From assembly GCA_963816355.1 (NCBI GenBank), contig CAWFKH010000003.1, positions 1,600,001 to 1,664,000 of the forward strand: 64,000 nt of DNA, read 5' to 3'. A program made the position numbers and the translations under genes. How positions within the stretch are numbered: position 1 is the stretch's first letter; each line of letters begins with the position of its first letter. The notes below the pieces were generated by a model. The model was given only the letters and a program-made list of their open reading frames with translations. It ran no database searches and had not been told where the DNA came from. The DNA comes from an uncultured Gemmatimonadales bacterium (lineage in GTDB: Bacteria > Gemmatimonadota > Gemmatimonadetes > Longimicrobiales > RSA9). Positions 9,487 to 27,502 of the stretch are shown here, piece after piece.

Positions 9487-9523
9487 AATTACACAAAGAT
9501 ACGTCTCGGCGGAAACGGATCAA
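9487..9523 (-). promoter_or_regulatory. Possible sigma70 promoter for ssb
   Basis: Minus strand TTGATC-N16-TATCTT followed by palindrome GTAATTAC in an AT-rich patch. Confidence 0.4.
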
Positions 9524-10497
9524 GGCCCCGCGCTCCGCGCCATCTCGCGGGCCCAGTAGGTGATGATCATGTCCGCGCCCGCCCGCTTGATCGAGACGAG
9601 GGCTTCGCTCATGGCGCGCTCGAGGTCCAGCCAGCCGTTCGCCGCGGCCGCCGTGATCGCCGCGTACTCACCGGAGACGTGGTAGGCGCACAGCGGGTAG
9701 CCGGTCGCCTGCTTGACCCGCCAGATCAGGTCCAGGTTCACCAGCGCCGGCTTCACCATCAGCACGTCGGCGCCCTCCTCCACGTCCTGCGCCGCCTCGC
9801 GCAGCGCCTCCTCGGCGTTCGCCGGATCCATCTGGTAGCCACGCCGGTCGCCGAACTGCGGCGCGCTCTCCGCAGCGTCCCGAAACGGGCCGTAGAAGGC
9901 GGAGGCGAATTTCACTGCGTAGGAGAGGATCGCGACGTGGGCGAAGCCGGCGTCGTCGAGCGCGCCGCGAATCGCGGCCACGCGGCCGTCCATCATGTCG
10001 CTCGGCGCCACGACATCGGCGCCCGCACGGGCGTGGCTCACCGCCTCGCGCGCGAGCAGCTCGAGCGTCTCGTCGTTGGCCACCTCGCCGTCGCGCACGA
10101 CGCCGCAGTGGCCGTGGGAGGTGTATTCGCAGAGGCAGACGTCCGTGATCACGGCGAGATCGGGCGCTTCCTCACGGATCGCGCGGATGGCGCGCTGCAC
10201 GACGCCCTCGTCGTCCCACGCTTCGCTGCCGCGCTCGTCCTTCTCCTGCGGGATCCCGAAGAGCAGCACGGCGGGGACGCCGGCGTCACGCGCCTCCACG
10301 GCGTCGCGCACCAGCTCGTCGACCGACGTCTGATGCACGCCCGGCATGGAGGCCACCGCCCGGCGCACGCCGCTGCCGGGTACCGCGAAGAGGGGCAGGA
10401 TCAGATCGTCGGGCGCGACGCGGGTCTCGCGAACGAGGCGCCGCAGCGCGTCCGTGCGCCGCAGCCGGCGCGGCCGGTATTCGGGAAAACGGGGCAT
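9520..10497 (-). CDS. hemB: Porphobilinogen synthase (Zn-type)
   Basis: [36 protein letters not shown]. Confidence 0.97.
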   Translation of the reverse strand: MPRFPEYRPRRLRRTDALRRLVRETRVAPDDLILPLFAVPGSGVRRAVASMPGVHQTSVDELVRDAVEARDAGVPAVLLFGIPQEKDERGSEAWDDEGVVQRAIRAIREEAPDLAVITDVCLCEYTSHGHCGVVRDGEVANDETLELLAREAVSHARAGADVVAPSDMMDGRVAAIRGALDDAGFAHVAILSYAVKFASAFYGPFRDAAESAPQFGDRRGYQMDPANAEEALREAAQDVEEGADVLMVKPALVNLDLIWRVKQATGYPLCAYHVSGEYAAITAAAANGWLDLERAMSEALVSIKRAGADMIITYWAREMARSAGP

Positions 10498-10530
10498 CGT
10501 CGCAATCCGGTTGTCGCGTCCCTCGCCGGC

Positions 10531-10986
10531 TCACCCGTCGAGGCGGCGCCTCAGGACGAGCGCGTCCTCGAGCGGGAACGCGTAGTAGTTGCGCCGCACG
10601 CCGACCTGCTCGAAGCCGTGCGCCGTGTAGAGCCTTCGCGCCACTTGGTTCGAGACGCGCACCTCGAGGAAGAGCGCCTTCAGTCCGCGGGCAAGGCCTC
10701 TCTCGAACGCCTGCTGCAGCAGCCGCTGGGCAACGCCCCGGCCCCGCCACCTCGGCGCCACGGCGATCGTGCCCAGCTCGCCTTCATCGAGCACGCTCCA
10801 GAAGCCCATGTACCCCACGACACCGTCCACGGACGACTCCGCCACCCACAGCTCGGCGTCCTCGCGCAGCAGCAGGTTCCGGTACGTGATGCTGCTCCAC
10901 GGCATCGTGAAGGCCACGTGTTCGATCTGCAGCACGCGGTCGATGTCGCCGCTCCGCATGCGCCGCACCGCGACCGGATGGACCAC
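10531..10986 (-). CDS. rimI: Ribosomal protein N-acetyltransferase RimI (start uncertain)
   Basis: GNAT motif RGRGVA, LEVRVSN..A..LY..GF..G.RRNYY; follows tsaB. Confidence 0.9.
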   Translation of the reverse strand: MVHPVAVRRMRSGDIDRVLQIEHVAFTMPWSSITYRNLLLREDAELWVAESSVDGVVGYMGFWSVLDEGELGTIAVAPRWRGRGVAQRLLQQAFERGLARGLKALFLEVRVSNQVARRLYTAHGFEQVGVRRNYYAFPLEDALVLRRRLDG

Positions 10987-11066
10987 GCCGGCCTCTCGCC
11001 GCCGCTCTCCGCCCGAGCCGGTCGCCTCGTCGGCAAACTTCCTGGCCACGCACGCCTCCAGCGAGT

Positions 11067-11765
11067 TCAGCCCCGCACGCCGCGCACGGCGCCGGATCCG
11101 CGCAGGTAGCTCGGCTCCCACGCCGCCGCCTCCTCCACGCGACCCGCCGCCGGCTCGATTGCGGCCAGCCAGAGCAGCGCGCCGGCACGGGGAAGCGAAA
11201 GGAACGGCGGCGCGACGACGCCGCCCTCCGCCTCGATCCGCTCGCGGTGGCGCAGTGCGCCCTCACCTACGAAGAGGGGCGCCGACGCCTCGCCCGCCGC
11301 GAGCACCCCTTCCGCGAGCACCGTCTCCAGGGGCACGGCCGCCGGCTCTCTCAGCCGCTCGACGCGCGACAGCCCGGGGAAGCGGTAGCAGGCAGCGTAC
11401 ACCTCGCCGCGGCGGGCGTCAAACAACGCCCAGACCGGCCGTTCGCCGCTGCCCAGCGCCGCCGCGAGGGACAGCAGAGAGGAGTACGCGTAGAGCGGGA
11501 TCCCCAGCGCCCGGACGAACCCCTTCGCCGTCGCGGCGGCGATCCGCACGCCGGTGAAGGAGCCCGGGCCGGCGGCCACCACGACGCCGCCGAGATCGCC
11601 GGGCGCCAGGCCGAGCGAGCGCAGCGCGAAGTCGATCGACGGCAGCAGGGATTCCGCCTGCCGCGCGCGCACCCCCACCGCCACCTCGACGCGCGGCCGC
11701 CCCGCTTCCCCGACCGCGACGCTTCCCGTGGGCGTGGAGGTGTCGAGCGCGAGCAGCATCGTCAT
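11067..11765 (-). CDS. tsaB: t6A biosynthesis protein TsaB
   Basis: LALDTST, GPGSFTGVRI, DARRGEVY, EPSYLR. Confidence 0.95.
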   Translation of the reverse strand: MTMLLALDTSTPTGSVAVGEAGRPRVEVAVGVRARQAESLLPSIDFALRSLGLAPGDLGGVVVAAGPGSFTGVRIAAATAKGFVRALGIPLYAYSSLLSLAAALGSGERPVWALFDARRGEVYAACYRFPGLSRVERLREPAAVPLETVLAEGVLAAGEASAPLFVGEGALRHRERIEAEGGVVAPPFLSLPRAGALLWLAAIEPAAGRVEEAAAWEPSYLRGSGAVRGVRG

Positions 11766-12245
11766 CGCCGCGGCGCGTCCCACACCCCGCCGGGCAGCGG
11801 GATGGGCGGCGCGGCGCCGCGCCGCTCCAGGAGGACGCGCCGCACGGCGGAGCCGGGCGCCGGCGCCTCCAGCCGCACGTCCCAGCGGTCCGGCGGCAGC
11901 AGCGACTCCGCCCGCTCGGGCCACTCGACCAACACGATCTGCTTCCCTTCCCCGAGCTCCCGCCACCCCAGCTCCCACACCTCCTCCGGATCGTTCAGCC
12001 GGTACAGGTCGAGGTGGTGCACGCTCGCGCCGCCGCGCGCGTCGTAGGCGAAGACGAGGTTGAACGTGGGCGACGGCATCGAGCCGGAGACGCCCGCCCC
12101 GCGCGCGACCGCGCGCGCGAGCACCGACTTCCCCGCGCCCAGCTCGCCGCGCAGCGCCAGCACGAGCGGCGGCTCCGCGTGCGCGCCCACCGCTTCCCCC
12201 CAGGCCACCAGCGCCGGCTCCGTCAGCAGCGCCGGCCCGTCCGCG

Positions 12246-12256
<11 letters not shown>
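11762..12256 (-). CDS. tsaE: t6A biosynthesis ATPase TsaE
   Basis: [27 protein letters not shown]. Confidence 0.95.
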
Positions 12257-14339
<2,083 letters not shown>

Positions 14340-14377
14340 GGTCGCCGTGGTACCCCGCAGCCCGCCGTACGGTCGCG

Positions 14378-15730
<1,353 letters not shown>

Positions 15731-15798
15731 CCGTAGCCTCGCCTCGTTTCGTGTACGGTGTCGCCCCGCTCGCCGCCGCCGGGTGCCGACGGCGCAGT

Positions 15799-15975
15799 CT
15801 AGCGGACCCGTCCCTGGCGCTCAAGCTCCGCGAAGCTCGTGTCCACGCGGTCCGTCGCCTCCTGTGCCTCCGACCCTTCGATCAGCTCGGCAAGCCCGGC
15901 GCCGAAGTCGCGGCGGGCGCGGAAGCCGCTTCCGGGCCTTGCCTCCGCTGCGGCCGAGGGCAAGGCATGTGCCGG
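15799..15975 (-). pseudogene. Probable C-terminal remnant of an NAD-dependent epimerase
   Basis: Reads [46 protein letters not shown], resembling extended-SDR C-termini; no matching N-terminus or credible start. Confidence 0.5.
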
Positions 15976-16079
15976 GCGGCGTGCGGCGATCGCCGCCGCG
16001 CCGGCAGGAGACTTGCGCCGGCCGCGCACCGGCGGGATGTTTCCCCGGCATTCACCTCGACCCCTTCGGACGACGCCCC

Positions 16080-17039
<960 letters not shown>

Positions 17040-17092
17040 GGCTGGGGCCGAGGTCGGGAACGCGCCGAGGCCGACGCCGGGGAGCGCCGCGC

Positions 17093-18214
<1,122 letters not shown>

Positions 18215-18216
18215 CG

Positions 18217-20445
18217 CTACGCCTCGAGGTCCGCTTCCGCGAAGTGCTCGCGCCGCACTACCGAGCTGACGCCTTTCACGCGGCGGATCGACTTCATCAC
18301 CTTCTTGAGGTGGACCAGGTCCGGCACCTCGACCACGAACGCACCCGTCATTCCCCCCTCCTTCGAGCGGATGTCCGCCGAAGCGATGTTCGTCCCCGTG
18401 TCCGTGACCGCGGCCGCGATGTCGGAGAGGATGCCGCGCCGGTCGTTCCCCTCGACGACGAGGCGCACGAAGAAGCGGTCGCCGCTCTCCGCCTTCCACT
18501 CGATCTCGATGCGGCGCTCCGGATGCTGCGCCAGGTTCAACACGTTCGGACAATCAATGCGGTGGATCGAGATGCCACGCCCGCGCGTGATGTAGCCGAT
18601 CACGTCGTCGCCGGGGACCGGCTGGCAGCACTGCGAGTAGCGCACCATCAGGTTCTCGACGCCCTGGATGCGCACGCCCTTGCCGGTGCCGCGGACGCGG
18701 TCCACGAGGCGCTCGAACGCCGACGGCGGGCGCGTCGGCGCGCGCGGCTCCTCCTCGCCCGGAAAGAGGCTCTTCAGCACCGCGTACGGTCCCGCGTCGC
18801 CGCGGCCGAGCGCGGCGTACAGGTGCTCCACCGTCGGCAGGCCGAGCGCATCCGCCGCCGCGAGCAGTGCCTCCTCGTCGCGACGCGGCTTGCGCGCCTT
18901 CTTCAGCTCGCGCTCCAGCAGCTCGCGCCCGAGCACCACGGACGACTCGAACTCCTCCTGCTTGATCCACTGCCGGATCTTCTGGCGCGCGCGGGCCGTC
19001 TTCACGAACGCGAGCCAGTCGCGCGACGGCCGCTGCCGCGCGTCCGTCACCACCTCGACCGTGTCGCCGTTCTTCAGCTCCCGCGCCAGCGGCGCGATGC
19101 GGCCGTTCACCTTCGCTCCCGAGCAGTGCAGGCCGACCTCCGTGTGCACAGCGAAGGCGAAGTCGATCGGCGTCGCCCCCTTCGGGAGCTGCTTCACGTC
19201 CCCCTTCGGCGTGAAGACGAAGATCTCGTCCTGGAAGAGGTCGATGCGGAGGAACTCCATGAACTCCTCCGGCTCGCGCGTCTCCTGCTGCCACTCCAGC
19301 ACCTGCCGGAACCAGGAGAGCGTGTCGTCGACCTCGTTGACGCCGCCGCCGTCCCCGCGTGAGGGCGCCATCCCCTCCTTGTAGCGCCAGTGCGCCGCGA
19401 TCCCGTACTCCGCCGTGCGGTGCATCTCGCGCGTGCGGATCTGGATCTCGTAGAGGCGACCGCCCGGCCCGAAGACCGTCGTGTGCAACGAGCGGTACAT
19501 GTTGGACTTCGGTGTCGCGATGTAGTCGTGGAAGCGCTCCTGCAGCGGCGTCCAGCGGTTGTGGATGACACCCAGCGCGTGATAACAGTTCGACACCGAG
19601 TCGGTGATCACCCGGATCGCCATGAGGTCGTAGATCTCGTCGTACGGCCGCCCGCGCTGCACCATCTTGCGGTGGATCGACCACAGGTGCTTCGGCCGGC
19701 CGTAGACCTCGCACGGAATCGCCTCGGTCTTCAGCTCCGTCTCGAGCGGAACGCGCAGCGCCTCGATCTGCTCCTCGCGCTCGCGGCGCCGGTCAGCCAC
19801 CTTCTTCGCCAGGTGGCGATATTCGTCCTGCTCGAGGTGCTTGAAGGCCAGGTCCTCCAGCTCCCACTTGATCTGCGCCATGCCCAGGCGGTGCGCCAGC
19901 GGACCGTAGATCTCGCGTGTCTCCATCGCGATGCGACGCCGCTTCTCCGGCCGCAGGTGGTCGAGCGTGCGCATGTTGTGCAGCCGGTCGGCGAGCTTGA
20001 TCAAGATCACCCGCGCGTCCGTCGCCATCGACAGCAACAGCTTGCGGTAATTCTCGACCTGCTGCTCCGTCGTCGAGCGGAACTGGACCTTCGCGATCTT
20101 CGTCAGCCCATCGACGATGCGCGCGATCTGCTCACCGAACTCCGCGCGCACATCCTCGAGCGTCGCGTTCGTGTCCTCGACCACATCGTGGATCAGCCCC
20201 GCCGCCACCGAGTCCGTGTCCAGGTGCATCTCCACCAGCAGCGCCGCCACCTCGACGCAGTGGCCGATGTAGTCCTCCCCCGAAGCGCGCTTCTGCCCCG
20301 CGTGCGCGTCCCGGCTGAACGCGTACACGCGCGCGATCAGACCGACGTCCAGCCGGTCCGTCGACTTCTCCAGCGCCTCGCGCAGCCGCGGCGGCAGCGT
20401 CTCCAGCGCCTCGTTCCGGTTCTCGATCGTCGCCGTCGGGTTCAT
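18217..20445 (-). CDS. relA: Bifunctional (p)ppGpp synthetase/hydrolase (start could be 20517)
   Basis: HDVVED hydrolase motif, KLADRLHNMRTL, GRPKH, YRSLHT, EIQIRT, TGS domain, CCQPVPGD, ACT domain. Confidence 0.96.
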   Translation of the reverse strand: MNPTATIENRNEALETLPPRLREALEKSTDRLDVGLIARVYAFSRDAHAGQKRASGEDYIGHCVEVAALLVEMHLDTDSVAAGLIHDVVEDTNATLEDVRAEFGEQIARIVDGLTKIAKVQFRSTTEQQVENYRKLLLSMATDARVILIKLADRLHNMRTLDHLRPEKRRRIAMETREIYGPLAHRLGMAQIKWELEDLAFKHLEQDEYRHLAKKVADRRREREEQIEALRVPLETELKTEAIPCEVYGRPKHLWSIHRKMVQRGRPYDEIYDLMAIRVITDSVSNCYHALGVIHNRWTPLQERFHDYIATPKSNMYRSLHTTVFGPGGRLYEIQIRTREMHRTAEYGIAAHWRYKEGMAPSRGDGGGVNEVDDTLSWFRQVLEWQQETREPEEFMEFLRIDLFQDEIFVFTPKGDVKQLPKGATPIDFAFAVHTEVGLHCSGAKVNGRIAPLARELKNGDTVEVVTDARQRPSRDWLAFVKTARARQKIRQWIKQEEFESSVVLGRELLERELKKARKPRRDEEALLAAADALGLPTVEHLYAALGRGDAGPYAVLKSLFPGEEEPRAPTRPPSAFERLVDRVRGTGKGVRIQGVENLMVRYSQCCQPVPGDDVIGYITRGRGISIHRIDCPNVLNLAQHPERRIEIEWKAESGDRFFVRLVVEGNDRRGILSDIAAAVTDTGTNIASADIRSKEGGMTGAFVVEVPDLVHLKKVMKSIRRVKGVSSVVRREHFAEADLEA

Positions 20446-20633
20446 TCCCGTCCCGGAATCGGGTTGCGTCGCCTCGCCGTCGGGCGGACGGCCATCAGCA
20501 GAATACCGCCGGATCACCTCAAAGTTCTTTCACGGCGCAAGATAAACGCGCCCGTCGCGTAACTCCACGGTGCGGACGGTGGCGGCGGCGCCCGCTCGCG
20601 GCCGCTTCCTGCCGCGACCAGCCCCAACCCGCC

Positions 20634-21365
20634 ATGGCGGTGCCCCCGCCGCCCACGCAGCTTGCCCTCGTGAGCGACTCCTTCTCCATCCGCGAATGGC
20701 CCCCCTCAGAGCGGCCACGCGAACGGCTGCGCAACGTCGGCTCTGCCGCCCTTTCGGCTCGCGAGCTGCTCGCCATCCTCGTCGGCAGCGGGGGCGGCGG
20801 CCACTCCGCCATCGACGTCGCCGGCGCGCTGCTCGGCCTCGCCGAAGGGTCGTTGCGACGGCTCGGCTCGCTGTCGCCGCCGGACCTCGAGCGTCTCGGC
20901 GGCGTGGGCCCGGCGATCGCCGCGCGCGTGGCCGCGGCCCTCGAGATGGGCCGCCGCATGGCGGGCGAGCCCCCCGCCGAACGGCCACGCATCCGCGGCC
21001 CCGCCGACGTGCACCTGCACTGCCGCGCCTCCATGCGCGACCTCACGCAGGAGGAGTTTCGCGTGCTGCTGCTCAACACGCAGCACGCGGTCGTGCGGGA
21101 GGTCACCGTCACGAGGGGCGTGCTCGACGCCTCCGTCGTGCACCCCCGCGAGGTCTTCCGCGCGGCGATCTCCGAGAGCGCCGCGGCCCTGATCCTCGTC
21201 CACAACCACCCCTCCGGAGACCCGACGCCCTCGGCCGAGGATCGCGAGGTCACCGAGCAGCTCGCGGCCGCCGGACGCATCGTCGGCATCCCTGTCCTCG
21301 ACCACATCGTGATCGGCGACGGTCACTACGCCTCCTTCTCCGAGGCCGGCTGGCTGCAGGCATAG
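20634..21365 (+). CDS. radC: RadC (JAB/MPN domain) protein
   Basis: RPRERL, ELLAIL, VHPREVF, HNHPSGDPTPSAED, LDHIVIG. Confidence 0.95.
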   Translation: MAVPPPPTQLALVSDSFSIREWPPSERPRERLRNVGSAALSARELLAILVGSGGGGHSAIDVAGALLGLAEGSLRRLGSLSPPDLERLGGVGPAIAARVAAALEMGRRMAGEPPAERPRIRGPADVHLHCRASMRDLTQEEFRVLLLNTQHAVVREVTVTRGVLDASVVHPREVFRAAISESAAALILVHNHPSGDPTPSAEDREVTEQLAAAGRIVGIPVLDHIVIGDGHYASFSEAGWLQA

Positions 21366-21435
21366 CGCGGAGGAGGCAACGGAGCGACGGCGACGACGGA
21401 GGGACGGCCTGTCACGGAGAACTGCTGGAGGGGCG

Positions 21436-21479
21436 GAGGGCACGGAGAGCGGCTGGACGTGGCCGAGGGCACGGAGAGC
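21436..21479. repeat. 15-bp direct repeat GAGGGCACGGAGAGC x2
   Basis: Copies at 21436 and 21465 in the convergent radC/secA gap. Confidence 0.7.
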
Positions 21480-21562
21480 TCAGCCGCTCGTGGATCGTGG
21501 TGCGGGGCGGCGCGCGCACGGCCGCTCCTGGCGGTTCCGTACGCGCCGCCGCCTCGGGCGCC

Positions 21563-24889
<3,327 letters not shown>

Positions 24890-24945
24890 TGCGTTCGACT
24901 ATGGGAGATGCGCTGGTTGCGTAACCATTCTTGGTACCCGCCGCC

Positions 24946-25038
24946 GGCGATCGCGGTCCCGTCGCGGGCGATCGTGGTCCCGTCGCGGGCGATCGTGGTC
25001 CCATCGCGGGCGATCGTGGTCCCATCGCGGGCGATCGC
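24946..25038. repeat. 21-bp tandem repeat x4 plus a partial copy (GGCGATCGYGGTCCCRTCGCG)
   Basis: Units start at 24946, 24967, 24988, 25009, partial at 25030; intergenic between nadD and secA. Confidence 0.95.
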
Positions 25039-25113
25039 CGCCCCGCCGCGCCGCCCCCGGCGGCGGCGGTCCCGCGCGCGCGACTTCCGCCACGAAGCAG
25101 CGAGCGCCGCGCG

Positions 25114-25692
25114 CTATCGGGCATACAGCGCTTCGCGCCGGATGATCGCCTCCACCGCCGGCGGGACGAGGTAGCGGATCGGCTCGCCCCGCGCGACGCG
25201 CAGCCGCAGCGCCGTCGACGAGAGGTCGATGCGGGTCACCTGCACGCGCCGGTGCGGCCACGGATCCGCCGCCGCGGCCGCCGCTTCGGGCTCGCCGCGC
25301 GACAGCACGACCAGCGACGCGAGGCGCGCGACGCGCTCCGGCTCGCGCCACGTCGCGAACTCGCGGAACTGGTCGGCGCCGATGAGCAGGAAGAGCTCGT
25401 CGCCCGGCCGTTGTCGGGCGAGCGCCTCCAGCGTGTCCGCGGTGTAGGAGGCGCCGCCTCGCTCGATCTCGATCTCGCTCGCGGTGAAGCGCCCATCGCC
25501 CTCCAATGCGGCGCGCAGCATCTCGAGTCGGATGGCGGCGGCGGTGTGCGGCGTGTCGCGTTTGTGGGGTGGCAGCGCGGCGGGGACGAAGATCACGCGG
25601 TCCAGCGAGAGCGCGACGAAGGCGTCCTGCGCCACGGCGAGGTGGGCGATGTGCGGCGGGTCGAAGGTGCCGCCGAAGACACCGATCCTCAC
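25114..25692 (-). CDS. nadD: Nicotinate-nucleotide adenylyltransferase
   Basis: GGTFDPPHIAH, PPHK, SYTADTL, IGAD, LSSTALR. Confidence 0.95.
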   Translation of the reverse strand: MRIGVFGGTFDPPHIAHLAVAQDAFVALSLDRVIFVPAALPPHKRDTPHTAAAIRLEMLRAALEGDGRFTASEIEIERGGASYTADTLEALARQRPGDELFLLIGADQFREFATWREPERVARLASLVVLSRGEPEAAAAAADPWPHRRVQVTRIDLSSTALRLRVARGEPIRYLVPPAVEAIIRREALYAR

Positions 25693-26483
25693 GACGCAGT
25701 CGCGCCGGTGCCCCCTTCGACGGCGCGTGCGGCCTGCGAGTTCGGATACGTGGCGAGCAGGCGCTCCTTGGCCGCTTCCGCTTCCTCCGTCCAGCCTCGC
25801 TTGCGGTAGGACTGCACGACGCGCAGCAACGCGTCCGGCGCGGCCGGCGTCTCCGGGTACTTCTTCACGACATCCTCGAAGTAGATGATCGCGGAGTCGT
25901 AGGCGTTGCGACGGAAGTAGTACTCACCGCCGATGTAGAGCTTGCGCGCGAGCTTGCCGCGCATCTTCGTGATGATCGCCTTCGCGCTGTCGGCGTGCTC
26001 GCTGTTCGGATAATAGGCGAGCAGGGACTGGCAGTGGTCGATCGCCGCCTGCGAATACTCCTGATCGAGCTCGACGTCCGGCGACAGGCGGGCGTAGGAG
26101 ATGCAGACCTGGAAGCGCGCGTCGTCGGCATAGTTGCCGCTCGGATAGTCGTCCGCCAGCCGTGCGAACTCGTGCGCCGCCGTCACGTACTCCTTCTTGC
26201 CGAAGTACGCCTCGGCGAGCATGTAGCGCGCCTCCTGGATCCTGGGGCTCGACGGAAACCGGAACGTGAACTGCTGGAAGGCGGAGACGGCGTCGTCCCA
26301 GTGATGGCCGCGGTACTCCGACATGGCGCGGGCGAAGAGCGCATCGGCGTCCAGGTTGGCGAGCTGGACGGCGTGGTGGAAGCACGCCGTCGCCGTCAAG
26401 GCGACGAGGGCCGCAGCGAGTGTCGCGCGCACGCGGGCCGCAGCGCCCCTCCCGCCCGTTCCAGTTCGTATCTCTCTCTTCAT
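25689..26483 (-). CDS. bamD: Outer membrane protein assembly lipoprotein BamD
   Basis: ATAC lipobox, TPR repeats, SPDVELDQ, KLARKLYIGGEYY..AYDSAIIYF. Confidence 0.88.
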   Translation of the reverse strand: MKREIRTGTGGRGAAARVRATLAAALVALTATACFHHAVQLANLDADALFARAMSEYRGHHWDDAVSAFQQFTFRFPSSPRIQEARYMLAEAYFGKKEYVTAAHEFARLADDYPSGNYADDARFQVCISYARLSPDVELDQEYSQAAIDHCQSLLAYYPNSEHADSAKAIITKMRGKLARKLYIGGEYYFRRNAYDSAIIYFEDVVKKYPETPAAPDALLRVVQSYRKRGWTEEAEAAKERLLATYPNSQAARAVEGGTGATAS

Positions 26484-26541
26484 CGGCTGTCCTACACTGT
26501 CGCCCGCGCGGGGGTTTCAAGAACGGCGCGCCGCTGCGCGA

Positions 26542-27498
26542 TCACGTGCCGAACCGGATCTGATCAATGCGTCGCTGCGCGCGCTCGGCGAGCTGACCCG
26601 TGGGAGCGAGCTCGAGCACGCGGTAGTAGGCGGCGAGCGCCTCGTCCGGTCGTCCGAGCGCGAAGAGGATCTCGGCGCGCTCGAACCACCCCTGGTCCTG
26701 AACGTTCTGCGGCACGCCCAGACGGAGCACCGTGCCGAGCTGTCGCAACGCGTCGTCGAGCTGACCGTTCATGTGGGCCCGGCGTGCCAGCTCGAACTCG
26801 CAACTCCCCAGCAGCCAGCGCGCCTCGCCGCCCACCGTGCCGTCCGCCTGCAGCGCGCCGGCATCCGCGCTGACGGTCCCCGATGACTCGTCCGCTCCCG
26901 TGGGCTCGCCCTGCTCGAACGGCCGCAGGTACGCGCTCGCGGCGGCGCAGTCTCCCTGTGCCTGATAGATGCGGCCCACATCGTAGAGGAAGCGCGCCAG
27001 CGAGTCCGACGGAGCGTCGACCAGCGCGCGACGGTAGAAGCGGAGCGCCCGCTCCGAGTCGCCGGTGCCGGCGTAGTAGCGCGCGAGGGAAGCCGCGTAG
27101 TCGCTCACGTCGAGCTGGGGCTCGGTGTCGAGCGCCGCCTCGATCGCGGACGCGACGCCGTGCCGATCACCGGCGCTGTCCGCCTCGGCCGCGAGGCGGA
27201 GGTAGTCGTAGACGGCCTGGTCGGCGAAGCTCGAATCACGCTGGAGGAGCGGATCGTACGTCTGCCGCGCGCGGGAGAGCTGACCGGTCCGGGCGTAGGC
27301 GTGGGCGACACGCAGGCGGGCGCTCTCGTCGCCGCGGCGGGCGAGGGCGAGGCGGTACTCGGCGAGCGCCCCCGCGTAGTCGGAGTCCGCCCACATGACG
27401 TCGCCGCGCTGCAGCGCCGTTTCGTCCCGTCCGCAGGCGGCGGCGACGAAGACGAGCAGGAGCGCGGCGGAGGTACGGCTGCGACGTCGCGGCGGCAC
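26542..27498 (-). CDS. TPR-repeat lipoprotein
   Basis: GTG start just after upstream stop; LLLVFVAAAC lipobox; helical TPR-like repeats. Confidence 0.72.
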   Translation of the reverse strand: MPPRRRSRTSAALLLVFVAAACGRDETALQRGDVMWADSDYAGALAEYRLALARRGDESARLRVAHAYARTGQLSRARQTYDPLLQRDSSFADQAVYDYLRLAAEADSAGDRHGVASAIEAALDTEPQLDVSDYAASLARYYAGTGDSERALRFYRRALVDAPSDSLARFLYDVGRIYQAQGDCAAASAYLRPFEQGEPTGADESSGTVSADAGALQADGTVGGEARWLLGSCEFELARRAHMNGQLDDALRQLGTVLRLGVPQNVQDQGWFERAEILFALGRPDEALAAYYRVLELAPTGQLAERAQRRIDQIRFGT

Positions 27499-27502
27499 CA
27501 GC

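Noticed and set aside
20634..21365. radC as a marker of a mobile element
   Set aside because: Full-length chromosomal type with N-terminal helical region; no integrase, att sites or compositional shift nearby
24947..24954. HIP1 octamer GCGATCGC
   Set aside because: A few copies are expected in GC-rich DNA; no cyanobacterial-level enrichment is evident by eye
24946..25038. Possible CRISPR array (also considered 53837-53980 and 8846-8962)
   Set aside because: Repeats are head-to-tail without unique spacers and no cas genes are present
26490..26525. Promoter upstream of bamD (TTGAAA on the minus strand)
   Set aside because: No acceptable -10 element at 16-18 bp spacing
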